A stretch of 63,546 bases of DNA, filler included, from Octopus bimaculoides (taxonomy: Eukaryota): assembly GCF_001194135.2 (NCBI RefSeq). It is 7 parts of 7 records of this genome, joined end to end, with 100 filler letters (N's around TTAATTAATTAA, not from the genome) between each part and the next. Parts side by side here need not be neighbours in the genome. Positions count along the whole stretch, not along the records: positions 20,330 to 48,701 come from NC_068987.1; positions 48,802 to 55,520 come from NC_069002.1; 5 more parts are not named here. One strand, given 5' to 3'. Shown here in pieces: positions 39,830 through 53,450 of the stretch; position 1 is the stretch's first letter; each line of letters starts with the position of its first letter. The notes below the pieces were generated by a model, which saw only the letters and a program-made list of their open reading frames with translations, had not been told where the DNA came from and ran no database searches. The position numbers and the translations under genes are program-made.

Positions 39830-40037
39830 GTCACGTAAATAAATGTGAACATTTCACGAAATTGCACATATGCGCATACATGAAATTGATAGGTGATATA
39901 AAAAATATTAAAATTTTAGTTCAAATTTTTAAAAATACACTTTCCACTACCAATTACCATCGCCACCTCCACCACCACCATCATCATCATCTCTCTCCCT
40001 TCTCCTTTCTCTCTCCCTTCTCCATTCTCACTCTTTC

Positions 40038-40081
<44 letters not shown>

Positions 40082-41097
40082 TCTCTCTCTCACTCTCTGT
40101 TTCTTTAAACTCAGCGTCAGAACATCACACCTCTGCTAAAATTATATTTCTAACTCGCTTTCTCTATATCACTAACTTCAACTAACTTTTTAAACTAGGT
40201 AATATACATTACGCTCCCCCTATCACACGTAATGGATGCTTCTCTCTCCCTTTTTACTCTCTCTGTCTTTACACATTCCCTTTTTTTCTTTGTTTTTTTT
40301 CTCTCTCCTTTTCCTTTCTCCCTCTTGATCTCTCATTCCCTTCAAGTAATCACGGGAAATTTTTACAATTACGTTTTCTCTACCTTACGTCATGAACGGT
40401 TCTGTCTCCCTCTTTTTCTCTCTTTCTTTTCTGTCTCCCTTTTTCTTTCTCCCTCTTGTTGCTCTCTTTCTTCGCCTTTCCCTTAAACTAATCACGTGAA
40501 AGTGTTACGGACGGGCTAAGTAACGGAATGACAAGCATAATTATTATACGTTTTTCCGTTGGTAAGAAGCCGGGTTTAAACAATGAACACAAAAGACATG
40601 GAACAAATACCATAAGACATACTGCTCTACAATTCAACAATTCCATCCATCCATCACCTCTTCACTGGTACTTTACTTAAAGAAAATGAAAGGTTGAGTT
40701 TCCCTTGACGAGATAGAGCTCAAAACGTAGAACAAAAGAGAAAAAGAATGAACGCTGCCATACATTCTGTCTGATGCACTAACGATCGTGCTAATTCTAA
40801 ACCTTATACACACATTTATCTTTAAACATCCACATACATCTGCAGCTCATCATAAAATTAACTCGGTCCTTTGTTAAAAAGGAAAGCAAGAAACCATCTG
40901 TCCTATTAAAACCCGATATGTCCACTTTGCCAGATATTGTATACGCCTTTATTCTAAAACGCGAAGACACTTCTACAATACATAGGAACATTAAACTAGT
41001 TCAATCTTTATTTTTTCTTTAAAAAATGGGGGACACCATTTAACCCCTATATGCTTGACAAACGTAAACAGAAATATCTGTAATACAGATGTTCTAA
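39830..41097 (+). promoter_or_regulatory. possible promoter/5' UTR upstream of a candidate first coding exon
   Basis: TE-free, CT-rich stretch with clustered ACGT-core motifs (TTACGTCA at 40385, CACGTG at 40493, CACGTAAT at 40226). Motif evidence only. Confidence 0.25.
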
Positions 41098-41236
41098 ATG
41101 GAATCGAAGCAGTATGCTCCTGTATGCGCAAACTATTATAAGTCCATGAGAATACCAACTGAGACACCTGACACCATCCACTATGCTTATGCCGCTTCTC
41201 TACAGTGGTACGAGACAAAGAGAAAACACGAAAAAG
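41098..41236 (+). CDS. candidate first coding exon, MESKQYAPVCANYYKSMRIPTETPDTIHYAYAASLQWYETKRKHEK (phase 1 end)
   Basis: ATG directly after an in-frame TAA, 46 open codons, donor AAG|GTAATA, GC visibly above background. Below the ORF-track cutoff. Confidence 0.4.
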
Positions 41237-41887
41237 GTAATAGGAACTACTACAACTAGCAATCTAATAACCCTAACACCATTCGCTCTTTAATCTCCAC
41301 AAAAGAGAACGACTCATTGAATAATATAGTTCTAGATATACTCTATCTGGAAAAAGGAAACAACGGATTGTCATGAACGGAATAACTGTCGATGAATTGT
41401 TACTCTTAACAAAGTTTAAGTGCGGTTCAACGAAAACATCAAGTACATAGAAAGTAGGCGACGCCTTGTTTGATAGATTTTAGTTCTAAGTTGTTCGATG
41501 AAATATCTGGGATAGCATTAAAAGCCTCGAACTTATATATTTGTACATTATGTATCATTATAGCCAGTAAATTAATATTTGCACTCGCGATAAAACTTTT
41601 ACAAATCTACTCGAAAATAGAAAGCTTTCACTTATATATCACGATTATACATATATTTTCTTAAGAACGTAATAAGATTTCGTTCATTTCTTTCATGTAT
41701 ATATTTATTCAAATCAAGAGACTGTGTGAGAGAATATATATGCACAGATGTAACTGAACGTAACTGAATACACGAAAATATTTAAACATTCATACGTACA
41801 GTAATCTCTCTCTCTCTCTCTACATATAAGTGTGTGTGTGTGTGTGTGTGTGTNNNNNNNNNNATCTCTCTCTCTCTCTCTACATAT

Positions 41888-41960
<73 letters not shown>

Positions 41961-42442
41961 GTTCACATTTTTAGAAAACAAAAGACGAAGTAAACAGCAA
42001 AGTATCTATGAAATTATAAAAAATGAATAAACACATTGTTGTATAGTGAAACAGTACGCTCCTCCTGGTAATAGGTGGTAGTAGTTAACCATCATAGATA
42101 GACCAGTAGGTCGTCGACAGAAGAACAACAGAAGGTCGAGAGTACGTGTAGACTTCCTTGATAGTAGTGTCTCTACTGATATAGTAATTATATTGTATTA
42201 CTGAGTTGGACGTCATAACGATCCGTACGAATGGGAGTCGTACAGTGCCAGACAGAAAAATTCTACCGACGACTTCGGAATATAACAATATCTATGAGAG
42301 CGACAACTGTTGTGAAAAGGCAGATACAACAGAGGCAAACGACCGCTTTACAACACACACACACACACATACACACATACACACACGTACACACATACAC
42401 ACACAAACACACACATACGCATTATGTATGTATGTATGTATG

Positions 42443-42472
<30 letters not shown>

Positions 42473-42473
<1 letters not shown>

Positions 42474-42879
42474 ACTCTTTTACTCTTTTACTTGTTTCAG
42501 TTTTTTGACTGTGGCCATGCTGGAGCACCGCCTTTAGTCGAGCAAATCGACCCCAGGACTTATTATTTGGAAGCCTAGTACTTATTCTATCGGTCTCTTT
42601 TGCCGAACCGCTAAGTTACGGGGACATAAACACACCAGCATCGGTTGTCAAGCGACGTTGGGGGGACAAACACAGACATACAAACACATACACACATACA
42701 TATATATATATACATATATACGACGGGCTTCTTTCAGTTTCCGTCTACCAAATCCACTCACAAGGCTTTGGTCGGCCCGAGGCTATAGTAGAAGACACTT
42801 GCCCAAGATGCCACGCAGTGGGACTGAACTCGGGACCATGTGGTTGGTAAACAAGCTACTTACCACACAGCCACTCCTC

Positions 42880-42880
<1 letters not shown>
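42473..42880 (-). mobile_element. SINE family A, full-length (tRNA head, CORE-like segment, internal microsatellite, (GAGTAAAA) tail)
   Basis: Minus strand AGGAGTGGCTGTGTGGTAAG (A box)...GAGTTCAGTCCC (B box)...CTTGGGCAAGTGTCTTCTACTATAGCC...; repeated tail AAAAGAGTA. Confidence 0.9.
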
Positions 42881-42927
<47 letters not shown>

Positions 42928-43656
42928 ATATATAAAATCAAGCGACTGTATGGGAGATATATATGCACAGATGTATCTGAAGGTAACTGAATACACGAAA
43001 AACTTTCAAAATTCACACGTACACCAATCTCTGTGTCTACTTATATGTGTGCGTGTATGCATGCATATGAATTCGTATGCAAATAGATAAATTTACATAT
43101 ACATATAAACAGATATAACAATAGATATATATGAATCCATTGATGAATCCATACATACATCCATTAATATATATATATATATGTACATATATGTATGTAC
43201 GTATGTATGTATGTATGTGTATATGTATGTATGCATGTATGTATGCATGCATGTATATATGTATGAATATATGTATGTATGCATTATGTACGTATGTATG
43301 TTCGTAAACGCACACACCAACATACATACATACATATACAGTTGATGTTGATGTATACAGATGATAATGTAACAACTAAATTACTGTTACTAAACATGAA
43401 TCTAACGAAGTATTCATTAAAACGTTGTGTTATTAGCATCAGGATAAAAATGATAAGGTTAGTCGAATGTAATATAGGCAACTATTTTGTACGTAATCTG
43501 AAGTGTTGGCGCTGGTGTTACTTTTTGTTTTGTCTTTTTCTTCTATCTTTTCGTATTGGGTGAATTATTCTTCAAGATACGATGCAAATTTAAGGCCACC
43601 AGCTTTTGCAACGTATCGCACTATGCCCATTGTGTGCGTGCGTGCGTGCGTGTGTG

Positions 43657-43743
<87 letters not shown>

Positions 43744-44159
43744 ACGGCCAACTGGTTAGATCAGCACACGTCACTACTCTTCCACCGGTAAAAGATTTTC
43801 ATTTAACGTTAATGAAAACTGATGTCACAATAACGAGACAAGTCTATCTCGTTGGATTATAGAGAGAAACGGTTGCGCAACACGAGTAACACTTCCAGTC
43901 TTCCTAGTTAGTATCTAGTGACAGGCAGAAACTTGATGACAAAAATCATGTGAAACCAAGGGATTTAACATGACAATTAACCTATGGCCTCTATCTTACA
44001 TGGGATAACGATAACACTCCGGCTCATGTACAGTGGGAAAGAATAGTGATCAAATGGTACCACACTCACCAAAACTATGGAACTCTTAAACCTCACTACC
44101 AGGTGCAGTTTAAATTCATACATCTTACACTCTCACACACGCACACGCGCGCACACACG

Positions 44160-44195
<36 letters not shown>

Positions 44196-44410
44196 GGTAT
44201 GTATGTATACATATGAGATGTCAATAAGTATTAAATTATTCTAATACAAAACGTATTTTGCTGTCTGTTTTAATCATTAAACACATTGAAAAATGGTTTG
44301 TAAGAAAGGAAGGTACTTATTGAATCTGAAGATAAATCTATGGATTTATATAGTGACAGATTGGTGCAGTTACGTACACAGGGAAATAGATGGAATTAGA
44401 TTGATAGAAA

Positions 44411-44490
44411 GATAGATAGACAGGCATATAGATAGATAGACAGGCATATAGATAGATAGACAGGCATATAGATAGATAGACAGGCATATA
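44411..44490. repeat. 20-bp minisatellite (GATAGATAGACAGGCATATA)x4
   Basis: Four perfect copies plus degenerate flanks. Confidence 0.95.
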
Positions 44491-44789
44491 GATAAATAAA
44501 CAGTTAGATAGGCAGACAGGCAGACAGATAGACAGGTAGACAGGCAGACAGAAACCAGACACACTGAAAGACAGATACATAGGTCGATAAAGGGATAGAC
44601 TAACAGGCATACAGTTTGAAAAGTAAGTGGAAAGGACTGTACGTAAACGAATTAAGGTTGGTGGTTTGATCAATACGCAAATATTAATATGCATAGCTAA
44701 CTGGCAAGGTAGGTAGGTACATGGTGGGGCAGAGAGGATATTTTTGAAATGGCTATTACTCAGCCCCAGTGAGAGGGACATATGTCCGA

Positions 44790-45430
44790 CAGGTACCATT
44801 CCGTCCGTGGCATCTTAGTATTTTTATCTTTTTAGGTGAAACCATGACGCTGTGGACGTTAGAAAATCGCGTGTTTGCCTACGACAGTTATGTAAAGATT
44901 AGCGAGTTTGTCACAGCAGTTCGTCTCAATGGTGAATCAACAGAACTGTCGCTATTGGGATCTTGAAAATCCGAGAGAACTGCATGAAAAACCACTGCAC
45001 AGCCCCAAAGTGACCGTCTGGTGTGCTGTTAGGAAAGCTGCCGTCATTGGTTTTTAGTTTTTTGAAGACAATAATAGAAATGCTGTTACTGTGAACTCCG
45101 ATCATTAACATCAAGATGATTAAACAACTTCTTTGTACATGAATCACGACGAAAACTCTATGCATATTCGACGTTTGTGGTTTCAGCAGGGTAGGGCGAA
45201 AGCTGACACAGCCAGAGCATCAATGGACGTTCTTCGTCCTCTCTGTAGTGACTGCCTCATTTCCAAGTTTGCTGATATTCCTTGGCTCCCTCAGTCCCCT
45301 GATTCGTCCATGTGTGATTACGTCTTGTGGAGAAACCGCAATAAGCCCTGTAGATTGGATGATTTGTACGAAGCTATTCGCGTGGAAGTAGCCTAAATCG
45401 ACAGAGCAATGCTGAAGAGATACATACATA
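44790..45430 (+). mobile_element. internally deleted DD41D (rosa-type) Tc1/mariner transposase remnant
   Basis: MTLWTLENRVFAYDSY..., ENPRELHEKPLHSPKVTVWCA, then WFQQ(G)-41 aa-D (WLPQSPDSSMCD). Confidence 0.85.
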
Positions 45431-45840
45431 CCACCTTAGGTTATCAAACAAAAACGGTAGACATCACATATTTGATGGATAAGTTTTTATCGTTCAACTG
45501 CGATATTTTATTGTACACTGAAATCCACATTGAACTTCTTGAGTAAGCTGGACACATGAAAAATATAGCGTCTACTTTGCAGGTTATGAATGCAATAACA
45601 AACGCATTTATTTAATTATCTATCTATTTATCAACGTATCGATCTCTTCATATATCTGTATATCTCTGTGTCGCTCCAACTTAACATCTACCACTGTCTG
45701 ATGTTTCCTCCGTAAATATATCTAAGTATTAAACCCTTTCCCAAAGCAATAATACAGTAATGTCTGTAAAACTATTTTTTATGGTTTTCGTATTTTTTCA
45801 TATCTCTTGATACATATGGGCATATATACATATATGGTTT

Positions 45841-45872
<32 letters not shown>

Positions 45873-45937
45873 TGTACATATATATATATATGTATATACA
45901 TATATATATATAAACATATATATACTTATATATATAC

Positions 45938-45991
<54 letters not shown>

Positions 45992-46087
45992 NNNNNNNNN
46001 NNNNNNNNNNNNNNNNNNNNNNNNNNNNNNNNNNNNNNNNNNNNNNNNNNNNNNNNNNNNNNNNNNNNNNNNNNNNNNNNNNNNNNN

Positions 46088-46132
<45 letters not shown>

Positions 46133-46659
46133 CATAGATATACATACATACATACATACATACATACATACATGTTTGTCTATCAGATTGTCGCAATATC
46201 ATAAATCACATGTAACATCAACGACGCCAAGCTCAAATTTGAAACATTTTCCTAAACACCAATGCGTGTGCATGCATATACGTTAGAGTGTGTGTGTGTG
46301 TGTAAATATGTACTCCACATATATATAAAGTTACGCAGTGTAGCCGCATTAAGCGTTTTTGTATTCACCTACAAAAATATACTATATAAAGAATGCAAGC
46401 TTCATGTTCTCGAAGCTAAATTCCTGGTAGAATTATAGATTTGTAATATTAATTCATAAAACAGGTGTTATTGCTCTGAAGCATGTTCGGTGTCGTCAGG
46501 GAAACTGTATACACCTAGTAATAAAATGTTTAGTTACAGAGAGAAATATAAGAGTGGGTGTGTAGTATTTTTTTATGGTACCGTATAATATATAAGGATC
46601 AGTAAAATAAATGATAATTATTTCTGTTTTAAGTACACACCCTGAAATTTGAAGAGACG

Positions 46660-46829
46660 AACTAGTCGGTAACATCAGTCCTAGTATTTTGCTTGTTCTT
46701 ATTTTATTGACCCCGAAAGGATGAAAAGTAGAATCAATCCCGGAGGAATTTGAACTCAGAACGTTAAGAACGGACGAAAAGTCGATGAGTATTTTACCCG
46801 GAGTACTAATGATTCTGTCAGTTCGCCAT
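46660..46829 (-). mobile_element. SINE family B
   Basis: Reverse complement of the head: GGAATTTGAACTCAGAACG...ATGATTCTGTCAGTTCGCC. Confidence 0.75.
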
Positions 46830-48701
46830 CTTACTGTGAAAGAAAGAATTGTGAAAATAATTAATAATAGAGGAAGATGAAAAGCCAAAAAATAAAACAA
46901 AACAAAAAAAAGAGAAAATGAAAGACTAAGAAGATAAGGGGTCGAAGGTTAAAGTAAGATTTGGAAGAAGATGCACTCGAGATGTTAATATATATATAAA
47001 TACGAACACTGACAAATTTAAAATGAGTATAAGTGAAAAGTTTATTAAGCGAGAGAGTGACACATGTTCACGTTTAGGAAAGAGGGCAAAAAGCATTTAC
47101 TAAACTGCAAGTTTGATGCATTGGATAAGATGCATTCGTCTCACAACTAAAAACAAAATAAATGAAATGTGGTGATCCTGACCCGCAGTGCTTTGATCAT
47201 TAGGCAACTCGATCAAGATCGACTCTATATATAAAGCTTCGTAACAAAGAAAACAAAACATACATTTGCATCTCTCTAAAATACATTACGCGTCCAAATA
47301 TCGATATTGACATCGCATACAGCATAGCAATTGTGACACAGGTTACACAAACACGTCTCACTTAAGAGGGTTGACAATGGACTTATGTAAGGGAGAGATA
47401 TAAAAATCCGCTTTGCATGGAGAGTCATAGCCTCAAGCGTACTTACATACACGAGGATGAAATCTTTTGAAAGCAGTAACCCTTTAGATATGAACTTACT
47501 AAAAGTTAATACATTATCCTCGCGACGTTAAGCCTGTATTTCTCGATCAACGGTAATTCTCCAGCTAAGCAAAGAATATATGAAGACCTGTAGTCCATAA
47601 ATGTATGTGTTTCATCTTTATAGTTGTACATATTATGTTTATGTTTGTATATTTACTTACATATTCGTAGTTATATATTTATGAATAATTTAGGCCAATA
47701 TGCATTAGAAAATAGAATTTAGAATTTCATTGTACAGATTATTATATTTCGCATATTTCGTACATATTCTCAGATGAAATAATCGATTCATATCAACATC
47801 ACAATTCATAACATACTCACAGAACACACATAAATATATCGTGTATATGTATTCATCTACGTATTTATGTATATTAAGCATTTCTGTATGCAAGTAAGTA
47901 TTTATGTATACAGACATATGAAATTCTTCAACTGAGTATCTTTATAGCATAGATTGTTTATGTGCATTATGTTTATAATTGTAATATACATACATTTATA
48001 TGTATATACATGTGTGTNNNNNNNNNNNNNNNNNNNNNNNNNNNNNNNNNNNNNNNNNNNNNNNNNNNNNNNNNNNNNNNNNNNNNNNNNNNNNNNNNNN
48101 NNNNNNNNNNNNNNNNNNNNNNNNNATATATATACACATAAATACATACATGTGTGTGTGTGTGTGTAAATATGCATGTATGTGTATATGTATTACATAA
48201 ATGTTAATTCTATTTGCGATCTATAGTAGCCGTCTTAGACATGTTAAATAGAATCTCAAAGGAAAACTAATAGAATGTAGTGAATAGTTGATAGGAAAGA
48301 ATTGTTTGTTCAGAGTTCTGAATCTAGAGTTCTTAGAAGTAATATTCGTTTTATTCAAATCAAGTGTTGATGAAGAGATGGAAATGGGATTCGATAGGTG
48401 TTAATCGTTCTACCTAGTACTGAGGAACTCCTTATGATTGCACAGTTAACAAATATGGAAAAAGAGAAAAAAAATGATGTAGGAATTATGGGTATTCAAC
48501 ATATTTATTAAACACCTTACCAACTGAGTTTTAAATTAAATATATCGATTCGTATTTAAAGATATATAAACACCATCGACATCACTACTACTACTGCTAC
48601 TACTACTACTACTGATCTATGTTATGAAACAACTGACCGCTTCCACTCTGAATTCATAAGCACATAATCAGCTTCGGCAAAACGGGGCTCATTAAACACA
48701 C

Positions 48702-48801
48702 NNNNNNNNNNNNNNNNNNNNNNNNNNNNNNNNNNNNNNNNNNNNTTAATTAATTAANNNNNNNNNNNNNNNNNNNNNNNNNNNNNNNNNNNNNNNNNNN
48801 N
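48702..48801. other. artificial scaffold-join spacer
   Basis: N44-TTAATTAATTAA-N44. Confidence 0.95.
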
Positions 48802-48849
<48 letters not shown>

Positions 48850-48850
48850 G

Positions 48851-49061
48851 TGGTGAGCTGGCAGAATCGTTAGCAAGCCGGGCAAAAGGCTTAGCGGTAT
48901 TTCGTCTGCCGCTACGTTCTGTGTTCAAATTCCGCCGAGGTTGAGTTTACCGTTCATCCTTTCGGGGTTGATAACATAAATGTCAGCTGAGCACTGGAGT
49001 CGATGTAATTGATTTAACCGCCACCCGCAAAATTGTTGGCCTTGTGCCAAAATTTGAAACC
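48851..49061 (+). mobile_element. SINE family B, full-length, next to (TTA)n
   Basis: A box TGGCAGAATCG, B box GTTCAAATTCC, central TTCATCCTTTCGGGGTTGATAA (Meta-domain-like by recall), end CCAAAATTTGAAACC. Confidence 0.9.
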
Positions 49062-49299
49062 TTTAATATTGTTATCATTAACCTACGAGCCAGCAACCTG
49101 ATCTTTGGAGCAAGGAACATCTTGCTATAAACGTATGAATATGCTTCTTCATATAAAAGATACTGAACAACGCGAAAGTACTCTTTCCTTTCGATATTGT
49201 TATATGTGATCTGTGAAGAATACGACTTTCATGGGAAGGATTTATTTTCCTTTGGAAATGAAAATAGGGAGAGGAGAAAAGAATTTATACATGGACAAG

Positions 49300-49332
<33 letters not shown>

Positions 49333-49345
49333 TAATTGATTGATT

Positions 49346-49384
<39 letters not shown>

Positions 49385-49397
49385 TAATTGATTGATT

Positions 49398-49432
<35 letters not shown>

Positions 49433-49519
49433 TAATTGATTGATTAATAGATGCAGAGATACATAGATAGATAGATAGATAGATAGATTGATAGGTAAAC
49501 AAATAGACAGATACATATG

Positions 49520-49550
<31 letters not shown>

Positions 49551-49551
49551 C

Positions 49552-49589
<38 letters not shown>

Positions 49590-50012
49590 NNNNNNNNNNN
49601 NNNNNNNNNNNNNNNNNNNNNNNNNNNNNNNNNNNNNNNNNNNNNNNNNNNNNNNNNNNNNNNNNNNNNNNNNNNNNNNNNNNNNNNNNNNNNNNNNNNN
49701 NNNNNNNNNNNNNNNNNNNNNNNNNNNNNNNNNNNNNNNNNNNNNNNNNNNNNNNNNNNNNNNNNNNNNNNNNNNNNNNNNNNNNNNNNNNNNNNNNNNN
49801 NNNNNNNNNNNNNNNNNNNNNNNNNNNNNNNNNNNNNNNNNNNNNNNNNNNNNNNNNNNNNNNNNNNNNNNNNNNNNNNNNNNNNNNNNNNNNNNNNNNN
49901 NNNNNNNNNNNNNNNNNNNNNNNNNNNNNNNNNNNNNNNNNNNNNNNNNNNNNNNNNNNNNNNNNNNNNNNNNNNNNNNNNNNNNNNNNNNNNNNNNNNN
50001 NNNNNNNNNNNN

Positions 50013-50057
<45 letters not shown>

Positions 50058-50463
50058 GCCATTGGCAGAGGCAGAGACAAAACAAAGAAAGAGAGAAAAA
50101 GAGAAAGAAATGTGTGAATGTATCTGTGTATAAATATTCATTTCAAATATGTTAACCGGTTACAGCGTTATGTAAGGAAAGCTGAAGTCCCCCATTGAAC
50201 TTTGTTCTAATCTTGATTTACATATTGTACCATTTTATATCATGTATTCTATCTTTCCGATATTCTCCATAGGTTTTGTGTCATGATTTCGGGGATATGG
50301 TGAGCAATAGGTTATACATATCAGTATGATTAAACACCATTGTAAGTCACAAACCAAGTTTGAATGTTTGCATGGCATAACCTTCTTCGCTCTTGTCAGA
50401 TAACTTAATGATATATACATACATATATATATATATATACACACAAAAACACACACATACATG

Positions 50464-50510
<47 letters not shown>

Positions 50511-51282
50511 TCACAGGCATTTCAATGAGTACTACGCATATTCATTGTTTGCATGGGGTTTCCCAAGAAATTCTGCTCTTGTTTTTTCCGTTGTTTGAGA
50601 TCTCTCAGATTTAACAATATCATTATTGCCACCCTTATCAGAAATGCTCTGTCTAGCTTTCTTCCACATATTTCTTTTCGTTTTTTTTCTTCCTTCTCTG
50701 TTAATATAATTTCATGCCTCTACATGTTTTATACATTTTCATTCCTCTATTGACTTCAACAGTTTTTTTTATATAGTTTCGCATTCTACCACTGCATCTT
50801 GGCATCTGCTGCCAGCAATTTGTCTTCAGCGTGTCCCATTAATATGAGAATAATTACATGTTTCATTTATAAACAACTTTTAAGTTGAGGCATTCGCGCT
50901 TATCTGATTATTGTTATCAGTAGTTTTTATGGCAGTATCGATTCTTCTGTCGCTAATGGTGATCATTATGCCCCGATATTTCTTTTCTTCATTTTTGTTT
51001 AGTGTTATCATTGGTGGTGGAAGTTGTATAAGTTCTGTTGTTGGCCTTATCTAGCTTGCAGTGGTCGTGTTACTGTAAGTTGTTTAGGTATTTGCTAAAT
51101 TTCCGGTGGAAATAGTGGCAGCTTCACTGTCAGAGTTGTAATTTATGAAGCAACTCAATGTCGTTGTTGTTGTTATTGTTGTTATTTTCCCTGAGCACTA
51201 AAACACTAAAAACAACGAAATGTGATAGACGGAGGACATACGCTTGTACAGACACATAAAAATACACACTCATATACCTACG

Positions 51283-51324
<42 letters not shown>

Positions 51325-51571
51325 NNNNNNNNNNNNNNNNNNNNNNNNNNNNNNNNNNNNNNNNNNNNNNNNNNNNNNNNNNNNNNNNNNNNNNNNNNNN
51401 NNNNNNNNNNNNNNNNNNNNNNNNNNNNNNNNNNNNNNNNNNNNNNNNNNNNNNNNNNNNNNNNNNNNNNNNNATATATGTATATATATATATATTTATA
51501 TATATTTATTTAATATGTATATATATAAATATGTGTGTGTGTGCCGGTTTTAACAGCACTTAGTTTACACA

Positions 51572-53450
51572 TTACTCCTTAAGGAACACAGGGCCACGAC
51601 TATTTCATGCCAGTGGACACGATCTTGGGCTACCACCTTGGTTTCAGGTCAAGAGACACCTAGTGCTTTCGCTTCATCCTCCACGCATCCTTTTCAGATC
51701 ATTTTAGGTTGTCTGACTTTTCTCCTTCCTTCTGGATGCCAGTCTAACACCTGTCTTGTAATGCTGCTTGGAGCAGCCCCATTTTCTTTTCAGAATTTCT
51801 TGATTGGTAGGAGTTTGAATTATTCTATCCCACAGACATCTGTTCGGAATTTTGTCCGGCCACCAGATCTTGAGTATGTAGCGTAGACATTTATTGACGA
51901 AGGCCTGTCGATTACGCTTTATGGCAGTTTGTGACAGTAAGGAAGAGTGGCCTGAACGTTGGAAGTGAAGATACGAAGTTTTGCCTTAAGGGAAATGACT
52001 TTGGAATTCCAGAATGATCGTAGAATGTTGAAAGCATATCAGGCCTTGCCGATCTTGAACCTCACATTCTCCTCTGTTCCACCTGTCTTTGAAACGATGC
52101 TGCGCAGATACACAAACTTTTCGGTCTCTAAAAGAGTTTCTGTGCCAATCCGAATCGGTTCCTGGTGATAGGTGTTCAGCCTCAAAACCTCCGTCTTGTT
52201 CTAGTTTACTCAGAGGCACATTTCTATTGCTTCTTCGGCTAACTTCGTGACCTTGGACTGCATCACTGGATGGTTGTGATAGCAGTCCTTTATCATTTGC
52301 ATAACAGAGATCTTGCAGTTGCTTCACGGTTGTCCATCTGATCACAGTGTCACTTCCTAATGTTATCTCATTCATGATCGAGTCGATTACTAGTAAAAAT
52401 ATCATTGGTGGCAGTAGGCAACCTTGCCTTACACAATTTCAAACTGCGAAAGTGACTGTTGACTGTTAGCCTGGTCTGGTCTGGGTAGTAGCACCGTCGT
52501 AAAACTATTGGAAGATTTTGATGATTTTCGGTGGAATACCATGTTATACCAACCTCCAGATTACTCTCTTGTCCACACGGTCGAAGACCTTCTCTAAATC
52601 AACGAAGGCGGTGAAAAGCGGGCTCTGCTACTTAATCGATTGTTCATTGATGATTCGCAAGGTGGAAATATGGACTGTGCAGGACTTAGCGATTTTCTTG
52701 CTTTCTCGAGCCTCAACTAATTTTCTGCTACCCCTTTCAACCTCTCCGTTATAAGTCTAGCCAGCACCTTACTGGGAACGGACGGTAGCATGGTTCCTCA
52801 CCCGTTGTTGTAGATGGTCAAGTCGCCTTTCTTAGGTAGCCTTTTTTTCCATTCTCAGGAGATTTGATCTTAATAATCTCAGCTTTTGTAGGTGAACTCG
52901 AGGGATATCCGTTGTATCAGTAGGACGTATTCTATTCAAGACACTGTAGAGGTGCTCAAACCAACGCTTTCTCTCTTCGATTTCCCTTCCGATTTTTCTG
53001 CCTTCCTAATCTCCACAGGCATGCACATGGTCTCCTTCTTCCCTGGCAGAACTCTGGTGATAGTGTAGAGAGCCTTCATGTCTCGTTTAACGGCTGGCAC
53101 CTCTGCTTCTGCTACTAAATCCTGTGTGAATTGTCTCTTGTCTCTTTCATCATTCTTTGTCACCTTTTCATGAGTCAATCGATATTCAGCTTACAAGTTG
53201 TCTTTCTCTTGCTGGTCTCTACACTGTCCGATCAAACACTTCAGCTCCTTCCTCCTGTCTATTAGTTTCCAAGTGGTCGGTGTTAACCTCTCCTTCTGTT
53301 TCTTCTTTTACGAAGTATTTTGGTACGTGATACCGTCCACGTCTCCCGAAGCCTCATCCAATGTGTATCGAAATCTTCCTCAATTGAAGAACAGCACTAG
53401 TAGTAACATATATTGTCTCTTGTCAAAGAGATTTGTGCGTTAAAAACGCA
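51572..53450 (-). mobile_element. 5'-truncated RTE-clade LINE pseudogene (RT domain to 3' end)
   Basis: MIFLLVIDSIM...IRWTTVKQLQDLCYAND (LDFADD equivalent); upstream DKRQFTQDLVAEAE...MKALYTITR; 3' end GTCGTGGCCCTGTGTTCCTTAAGGAGTAA. Confidence 0.9.

Noticed and set aside
41146-41160. MRIP motif reminiscent of the RUNX N-terminus
   Set aside because: Only four residues match and no Runt domain follows.
41804-41960. Direct duplication of (CT)n-ACATATAAG-(GT)n
   Set aside because: The copies flank a 10-N gap, so this is most likely an unmerged contig overlap.
42800-42880. tRNA-like A/B boxes here and at 29170, 34100 and 48851
   Set aside because: They are SINE heads continuing into SINE bodies; no cloverleaf.
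50273-50299. 27-nt microexon candidate (VLCHDFGDM)
   Set aside because: Good AG and ATG|GTGAGC sites, but too short to support without reads.
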